A stretch of 32,000 bases of DNA from Nostoc sp. PCC 7120 = FACHB-418 (GTDB lineage: Bacteria > Cyanobacteriota > Cyanobacteriia > Cyanobacteriales > Nostocaceae), in contig NC_003272.1 of the NCBI RefSeq assembly GCF_000009705.1, forward strand, positions 30,001-62,000, given 5' to 3'. Under the pieces are notes generated by a model. It worked only from the letters and a program-made list of their open reading frames with translations, made no database searches and was not told the DNA's origin. This document shows positions 26,642 to 32,000 of the stretch, in pieces. The position numbers were made by a program, and so were the translations under genes. Within the stretch, counting starts at the first letter, position 1, and every line of letters starts with the position of its first letter.

Positions 26642-26965
26642 ATGTCAGCAGCCGCACAAGTTACAGATTCTACTTTTAAGCAAGAAGTACTCGACAGCGA
26701 TGTACCAGTTTTGGTCGATTTTTGGGCCCCTTGGTGTGGTCCTTGCAGAATGGTCGCTCCTGTTGTCGATGAAATAGCTCAACAGTACGAAGGTAAAATA
26801 AAAGTGGTGAAAGTCAACACTGATGAGAATCCGCAAGTTGCAAGTCAGTACGGCATCCGCAGCATCCCCACACTTATGATTTTTAAAGGTGGGCAAAAAG
26901 TCGATATGGTAGTCGGTGCGGTGCCTAAAACCACATTATCTCAAACCCTAGAAAAGCATCTGTGA
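26642..26965 (+). CDS. trxA: Thioredoxin (m-type)
   Basis: 107 aa with [13 protein letters not shown] active site and the canonical thioredoxin fold length. Confidence 0.95.
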
Positions 26966-27037
26966 AACTCAATCAGTAGTAAGCTCTTGTTGAGTAATCT
27001 ATTGCCATTAAGTTTAGGTAAATATTTATCCAATACT

Positions 27038-27077
27038 TTATGAGGTGCAGATTCTAGCGCCTCATAATGTTTCTTTT
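27038..27077 (+). terminator. Rho-independent terminator after trxA
   Basis: TTATGAGGTGC-agattcta-GCGCCTCATAA (11 bp with one G-U) followed by TGTTTCTTTT. Confidence 0.65.
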
Positions 27078-27238
27078 GGACGAAATAAATATATGTCACC
27101 ATTGGTGAACTAATAAATTCTTCCTACTTGAGAGGTGACCCTAAGTTATTACTTTGAGATGTGATGGGAATCCAGTTTATTCATAAAATTGCACACGAAA
27201 ATTAGGTAAAATGTAATGCCATTGTGGTGGCAATTCTC

Positions 27239-28309
27239 ATGACCTCATCTGCGTCGTTTGAAACATTTGAGTCTCTCCAAGCCGATCTTGCTGAACTAAT
27301 CGATCGCTTACCGACATTAAAAAATCGGCAACTTATTTATAATGCTTTGGCAACAATAGTCCGTTTAGCGGACAGCGATATTGAACGTCTCGATTGGAAA
27401 ATATTATCTGCGGCTTTAGCAGATATGGAACGAGGCTTCCAATTATTTTATGATTACCGACACGTCCGTAAAGTAACCATATTCGGTTCGGCTCGTCTAT
27501 TACCACAAGCCCCAGAGTACCAAATGGCCGTGGAATTTGGCCGTGCGGTGACTCGGATGGGATTTATGGTGATGACCGGAGGTGGTGGTGGTATTATGCA
27601 GGCTGGTCATGAAGGTGCAGGACGAGAAAATTCCTTTGGGTTGAACATTCACCTACCTTTTGAACAGCAAGCAAACCCAATTATTGAGGGTGATCCTAAG
27701 CTAATTCACTTTAAATATTTCTTTACCCGCAAGCTGTTTCTCCTCAAAGAAAGCGATGCGATAGCTTTATTTCCTGGTGGGTTTGGTACTCAAGATGAGG
27801 CGTTTGAGTGCATGACTTTAAGCCAGACAGGTAAATTTGGCCCCGTACCAGTGGTTTTAATAGATCATCCTGGCGGTGATTATTGGCAGTCTTGGAGTGA
27901 ATACATCAATCAGCATCTAGTGAAAACAGGTTTGGTAAATCCTGAAGACCCTAACCTATACACCGTCACAGATAGTCTAGAAGTAGCCTGTGATGCCATA
28001 ACCCGCTTTTATCAGGTGTATCACTCCTGTCGCTATGTGGGTGATAGGTTGGTAATTCGCTTAACCCAAGAATTATCAGACGCTGAGGTTGAGCAACTGA
28101 ATGCTGAATTTAGCGACATTCTAGTCCAAGGAAAGATTGAAAAAAGTCAGTCTTTGCCTCAAGAAAACCAAGATGAAACCGTGGGACTACCTCGCCTAGT
28201 TTTATCCTTCAATCAAAGAGACTTGGGACGTTTATATCAGATGATTGCGGTAATTAATCAAATGGGTATTCCTGCTACCAAAGAGCAGGTACATCCAGAG
28301 AGGAAATAG
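27239..28309 (+). CDS. LOG / TIGR00730-family nucleotide N-glycosidase-like protein with extra N- and C-terminal regions
   Basis: GGGGGIMQAGHEGA and PGGFGTQDEAFE (PGGxGTxxE) LOG signatures. ATG 27239 is preferred to GTG 27224. Confidence 0.8.
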   Translation: MTSSASFETFESLQADLAELIDRLPTLKNRQLIYNALATIVRLADSDIERLDWKILSAALADMERGFQLFYDYRHVRKVTIFGSARLLPQAPEYQMAVEFGRAVTRMGFMVMTGGGGGIMQAGHEGAGRENSFGLNIHLPFEQQANPIIEGDPKLIHFKYFFTRKLFLLKESDAIALFPGGFGTQDEAFECMTLSQTGKFGPVPVVLIDHPGGDYWQSWSEYINQHLVKTGLVNPEDPNLYTVTDSLEVACDAITRFYQVYHSCRYVGDRLVIRLTQELSDAEVEQLNAEFSDILVQGKIEKSQSLPQENQDETVGLPRLVLSFNQRDLGRLYQMIAVINQMGIPATKEQVHPERK

Positions 28310-28471
28310 TTTTTGGTCATTGGTAATTTATACCCAATACTTGATACCGTCCAACTTACTTTGAGAGGAGAAAAAAATACCAGTTATGATAACTCAATGC
28401 TGATGAACATCATAAAGCGCGTATATTAGCACAGGAAACAATATATTACAGTCATAAGTGGGGAGTGAATC

Positions 28472-29791
28472 ATGCTGGAATTGTTGAGTTCGGGTTTGGT
28501 TTCTATCTGGCTGGAAATGGCTGGTGTGCAAATCAAGCCTGCGGATGCTTTAGATGCGCTAACTTGGCAAAGTAGCCCAGGCTTGGTTATTGCACCTGAT
28601 CCGAATCCAGCAGGAATTAATACAGTCAAGGAATATCTGAAGGGATTAGTCACGACAAAATTAATTGCTCAGAATTTAGCAGAAAGCCAAGGAATTTGGT
28701 TGCAGTCAGGGCCGATGTTGATGGCTAATCATCAAGGAACCACTCCTTTGCCGGCTGCTTCTCTCACTAAAATTGCTACTTCACTAGCGGCCTTTACTAC
28801 TTTCGGCCCAGAACATCAATTTGAAACGACGATCGCCACTAATGCTTCAGTTGTTAATGGCGTATTACAAGGTGATTTAATCATTAATGGCGGCGGCGAC
28901 CCGATGTTTGTTTGGGAAGAAGCGATCGCCCTGGGTAATACGCTCAATAAAATGGGAATCAAGCAGGTAAAGGGAAATTTGGTAATTACAGGCAATTTCG
29001 CCATGAATTTCCAGCGCCATCCCCTATTAGCTGGGCAAATGCTCAAACAATCACTAAATTCTAAAACCTGGACTCGTCCAGCAAATTATATACATTCCAT
29101 TATGCCCAAGGGGACACCAAAGCCCCAGGTAGCTATTAACGGCACAATCAAATTTGCTGCCCAGGCTAACCCCAAACAAACTTTGCTAGTGCGTCACCGT
29201 TCCTTACCCTTGAAGCAATTAATCAAGGAGATGAATGTTTATAGTAATAATGAGATGGCGCAGATGTTGGCAGAAGCAGTGGGAGGCCATGCTGTAGTCC
29301 AAGCCAAAGCCGCTAAATTAGCGCGAGTACCAGAGACAGAAATTCAATTAATCAATGGTTCGGGACTTGGCCCGGAAAATCGGATTTCTCCCAGGGCGGC
29401 TTGTGCGATGTTGATGGCGCTGCAACATGAAGCGGCGGCGGCTCAACTCAATCTAGCGGATTTGTTTCCCATTGCTGGCTTTGATAAACGAGGCACAATG
29501 CACTCTCGACATTTGCCGATGGCTACTGTGATGAAAACCGGGACTTTGCGGGATGTGAGTGCTTTAGCTGGAGTTGTACCCACACGCAATCGCGGTTTGG
29601 TTTGGTTCGCTATCATTAACCGTGGCCCTCAAATTGGCGCTTTCCGTCAACAACAAGACAAACTTTTACAACGTCTAGTACAGCAATTACAAGTAGCCCC
29701 TAGCACACCCACAGCTCTTACCCCCCATTCACCTAAATCTTTACCCGATCTGGGGAATACTAACCGCAGTGAAATTGTGTATGGTGGCTAG
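28472..29791 (+). CDS. dacB: D-alanyl-D-alanine carboxypeptidase/endopeptidase, PBP4 family
   Basis: SxxK (AASLTKIAT), SxN (YSNNEMA) and KTG (MKTGTL) motifs in PBP4 order and spacing. GGGAG lies 6 nt upstream of the ATG. Confidence 0.85.
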   Translation: MLELLSSGLVSIWLEMAGVQIKPADALDALTWQSSPGLVIAPDPNPAGINTVKEYLKGLVTTKLIAQNLAESQGIWLQSGPMLMANHQGTTPLPAASLTKIATSLAAFTTFGPEHQFETTIATNASVVNGVLQGDLIINGGGDPMFVWEEAIALGNTLNKMGIKQVKGNLVITGNFAMNFQRHPLLAGQMLKQSLNSKTWTRPANYIHSIMPKGTPKPQVAINGTIKFAAQANPKQTLLVRHRSLPLKQLIKEMNVYSNNEMAQMLAEAVGGHAVVQAKAAKLARVPETEIQLINGSGLGPENRISPRAACAMLMALQHEAAAAQLNLADLFPIAGFDKRGTMHSRHLPMATVMKTGTLRDVSALAGVVPTRNRGLVWFAIINRGPQIGAFRQQQDKLLQRLVQQLQVAPSTPTALTPHSPKSLPDLGNTNRSEIVYGG

Positions 29792-29927
29792 TAGCGTAAT
29801 TCGTAATTATGCTGTTGTGAGGGTTATAAACTTTGCCGATAGGCGTTTATTTACACTGCAACTAGTATCACTACACGAAATTAAGCAGGTACTTCGCTGA
29901 AGCATTGGTGATTGTGGTCAAAAGATG

Positions 29928-30115
29928 CAGGGGAGCAGGGAGCAAGGGAGAAAACTGAGACAGAGCTTGTACTCCGCCCCAGTAAAAACGCCCGCCTATA
30001 GGCGGGGCTTCTCTACGAGACGCTACGCGTAGCTTGCTTCCACGAAGTGGTACGCTCCGCGCAGAGGAGAAGGGCTTGTTACCCCTGCTCCCTGCCCCCT
30101 TCCCCTCTGCCTCTT
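29928..30115. repeat. Composite palindromic dispersed-repeat element (MITE-like)
   Basis: The outer arms are inverted G-rich/C-rich sequences (GCAGGGGAGCAGGGAGCAAGGG ... CCCCTGCTCCCTGCCCCC). Inside are the hairpin CCCGCC-tata-GGCGGG (29991..30006) and the 12-bp palindrome GCTACGCGTAGC (30022..30033), plus CTCCGCGCAGAGGAGAAGGG motifs like those at 6921..6959. Confidence 0.6.
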
Positions 30116-30167
30116 CGGTGATTACAGTGACTATGCTTTAGATTTCTAATTCATGCGGTGATTTGCT

Positions 30168-31811
30168 ATGCGGGATCTCAAACTTACTCCGCGTTGGTTG
30201 AGGTTGTTTCTACTAATACTGTTGGTAACAGGTGTATTTTTCCGCTTTTTTCATCTCGACTACAAAATTTACTGGCACGATGAAGCCTATACATCTATAC
30301 GGGCGGCGGGCTTCACACGCCAAGAAATAGACCAAGAAATTTTTCAAAATCACATCATACCAGCACCATATTTACTGAAGTTTCAGCGATTGAAACCAGG
30401 AAGCACTGTAGTAGATACAATTAACTCACTAAAAATTGAAGACCCACATCATCCACCACTCTACTTCTTAATGGCTCGCTTTTGGATGCAGATGTTTGGC
30501 AGTTCTCTCACTGCGTCGCGGACATTGCCTGCTTTACTAAGCTTGTTGGCGTTGCCATTAATGTATGCTTTGGGGTTGGAGTTATTTGCTTCTACTACAG
30601 TGGCTTTGTTCGCAACAGTGCTGTTAGCTTTGTCTCCTTTTGATATTCTGTTTGCTCAGACAGCCAGACAGTATAGCTTACTAACAGTAGCAGTCATTGG
30701 GAGCAATTTTTTATTATTACGGGCTTGGCGCTTACCTACTTGGCAAAACTGGAGTTTGTACACTTTCAGCAACATTATAGGCTGGTACACCCATCCTTTT
30801 TTTGGTCTAACGGTAGTTGCTCAAGGAACTTATATATTTTTAGGGCGGACATTTCAGCAAGAAAATAGGCAATCGCCTAGAAAGAATGTCATATATTTTT
30901 TAGTGGCGATCGCTAGCTCGCTTATTTTATATCTTCCTTGGTTAGTAGTACTAGTCACCAACCGTCAACGAGTGTTACAAACCACAAGTTGGACTGGAGA
31001 CAAAGTTGATATATGGTATTTGTTAAAACTATGGCTGGTTAGTTTTAGTTCTTTATTTTTTGACTTAGACTTTGGTTTTGACACTATCTGGAACGGTATC
31101 CGTTCTTCTCTACTGAAACTAGCCGTTATTATATTAATCACTGGGGCAACTTATTTAGTATGTCGCCAAACCGAAAGAGCAACCTGGTTATTTATTATTA
31201 CTACAATTCTCGTTCCTTTCCTCAGTTTAGCTTTGCCAGATTTACTATTAGGAGGCAGGCGCTCTACTGTCAGCCGTTACTTGATATCTTCCTATCCTGG
31301 TGTGCAACTTGCAGTTGCTTATTTATTAGGAACTAAAATTATTTACCAACGCTGGTTATGGCAAAGTCTGACTCTACTTATTTTCGCAGGTAGTATCGCA
31401 TCATCTACTGTCAGTGCTTCTGCACATACTTGGTGGAGCAAGGATTTAAGCTATCATAATTTTGAAATAATTAATCGGATTAATGGTATTTCCTCACCAG
31501 TGATAGTCAGTGATATTGGAGATGAATACACCAACACTGGCGATCTAATTGCCCAGAGTTATTCACTTCAGAATCATGTAAGATTACTGCTATTAACTCA
31601 GCCTACTAATTTGGAGAATGCTAATTTAAATCTTTTCCTTTCCCAAAATAATCAATTGTTGACATTTCGTCCATCACAGCAAATCTTGGGGGCTTTAAAG
31701 CAAAATGAAAACTATGTTTTCCCAGTGTTTGAGCCTGGAAGACTTTGGCAAATAAAAAATACTCCAGCTCAAGGAGTTAATTCAAAATCGACAAATATTC
31801 GGGGTAAATAA
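30168..31811 (+). CDS. GT39 / ArnT-PMT-like (GT-C) glycosyltransferase
   Basis: 547 aa, polytopic. It has the early-loop motif YWHDEAYTSIRAAG (the Asp-Glu of PMT_2/ArnT-like enzymes) and HHPPLYF, followed by multiple TM helices and a soluble C-terminal domain. Confidence 0.75.
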   Translation: MRDLKLTPRWLRLFLLILLVTGVFFRFFHLDYKIYWHDEAYTSIRAAGFTRQEIDQEIFQNHIIPAPYLLKFQRLKPGSTVVDTINSLKIEDPHHPPLYFLMARFWMQMFGSSLTASRTLPALLSLLALPLMYALGLELFASTTVALFATVLLALSPFDILFAQTARQYSLLTVAVIGSNFLLLRAWRLPTWQNWSLYTFSNIIGWYTHPFFGLTVVAQGTYIFLGRTFQQENRQSPRKNVIYFLVAIASSLILYLPWLVVLVTNRQRVLQTTSWTGDKVDIWYLLKLWLVSFSSLFFDLDFGFDTIWNGIRSSLLKLAVIILITGATYLVCRQTERATWLFIITTILVPFLSLALPDLLLGGRRSTVSRYLISSYPGVQLAVAYLLGTKIIYQRWLWQSLTLLIFAGSIASSTVSASAHTWWSKDLSYHNFEIINRINGISSPVIVSDIGDEYTNTGDLIAQSYSLQNHVRLLLLTQPTNLENANLNLFLSQNNQLLTFRPSQQILGALKQNENYVFPVFEPGRLWQIKNTPAQGVNSKSTNIRGK

Positions 31812-31835
31812 GCTTATAAATTGGCAGTTAAAGTT

Positions 31836-32000
31836 ATGACTGAAGAATCTCTGAACATCACCGGTTTTCATGCTCACGTTTACTTTGATAGCGCTAGTTT
31901 TCCTACAGCTATGAGTATCCGTGAAGAATTAGGTAATAGATTCAATGTACAGCTTGGGCGATCGCATGAAAAACCCATTGGCCCCCACCCTAAATCCATG
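31836..32000 (+). CDS. DOPA 4,5-dioxygenase-family protein (5' part, truncated by window end)
   Basis: MTEESLNITGFHAHVYFDSASFPTAMSIREELGNRFNVQLGRSHEKPIGPHPKSM. The HAHVYFD ... PIGPHP pattern matches my memory of that family. Confidence 0.55.
   Translation, partial: MTEESLNITGFHAHVYFDSASFPTAMSIREELGNRFNVQLGRSHEKPIGPHPKSM

Noticed and set aside
1356-29046. Other short nested ORFs: 1356..1682, 6095..6283, 7649..7852, 11312..11599, 12075..12290, 13195..13377, 17338..17586, 17885..18142, 24436..24636, 25127..25357, 25908..26093, 26645..26896, 28426..28653, 28816..29046
   Set aside because: Each lies within, and mostly antisense to, a longer ORF that carries recognisable family motifs. None has an independent RBS or a recognisable domain.
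1-32000. Search for tRNA, rRNA, tmRNA or RNase P genes, transposases, integrases, toxin-antitoxin pairs and defence genes
   Set aside because: No GTTCGAATC-type T-arm or cloverleaf candidates were seen in the intergenic regions. No large structured GC-rich gaps were found and no ORF carries recombinase, nuclease or defence hallmarks. The window appears to be core chromosome.

Overview
This looks like core chromosomal DNA from a filamentous heterocyst-forming cyanobacterium (Nostoc/Anabaena-like). The evidence is roughly three dozen HIP1 octamers (GCGATCGC) counted by eye, heptamer tandem repeats, G-rich small dispersed repeats, and typical cyanobacterial protein signatures. I support about 27 protein genes and one sRNA:
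- glgA
- a phylloquinone cluster (menF divergent from menA-menC-menE)
- murF
- a TerB-like protein
- rfbB plus a haloacetate-dehalogenase-like hydrolase
- a translationally coupled GT2 / MprF-flippase-domain-like / polytopic membrane protein operon
- DUF2997-ycf35(DUF1257)-ferredoxin
- a YiaAB-domain protein
- a DUF3038-DUF4335 pair
- mutS2
- a secreted tandem-domain protein
- guaB3, then sRNA Yfr1, then trxA
- a LOG-family protein
- a PBP4-type dacB
- a GT39/ArnT-like glycosyltransferase
- the 5' end of a DOPA-dioxygenase-family gene

I see no transposase, integrase, CRISPR array, tRNA/rRNA or defence-island hallmarks, so nothing here can honestly be called a clear new system. The best candidates for uncharacterised biology are:
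- the three-gene envelope glycosylation-like operon (11960-15542) and the 1.1 kb ORF-free AT-rich region upstream of it
- the DUF3038/DUF4335 pair, where DUF4335 has a TonB/TolA-like envelope-spanning layout
- the DUF2997-Ycf35-ferredoxin operon
- a secreted protein with a duplicated two-Cys domain
- a dispersed G-rich repeat family with one copy sitting in frame inside menE

All family assignments come from motif recognition by eye. No database search was run.
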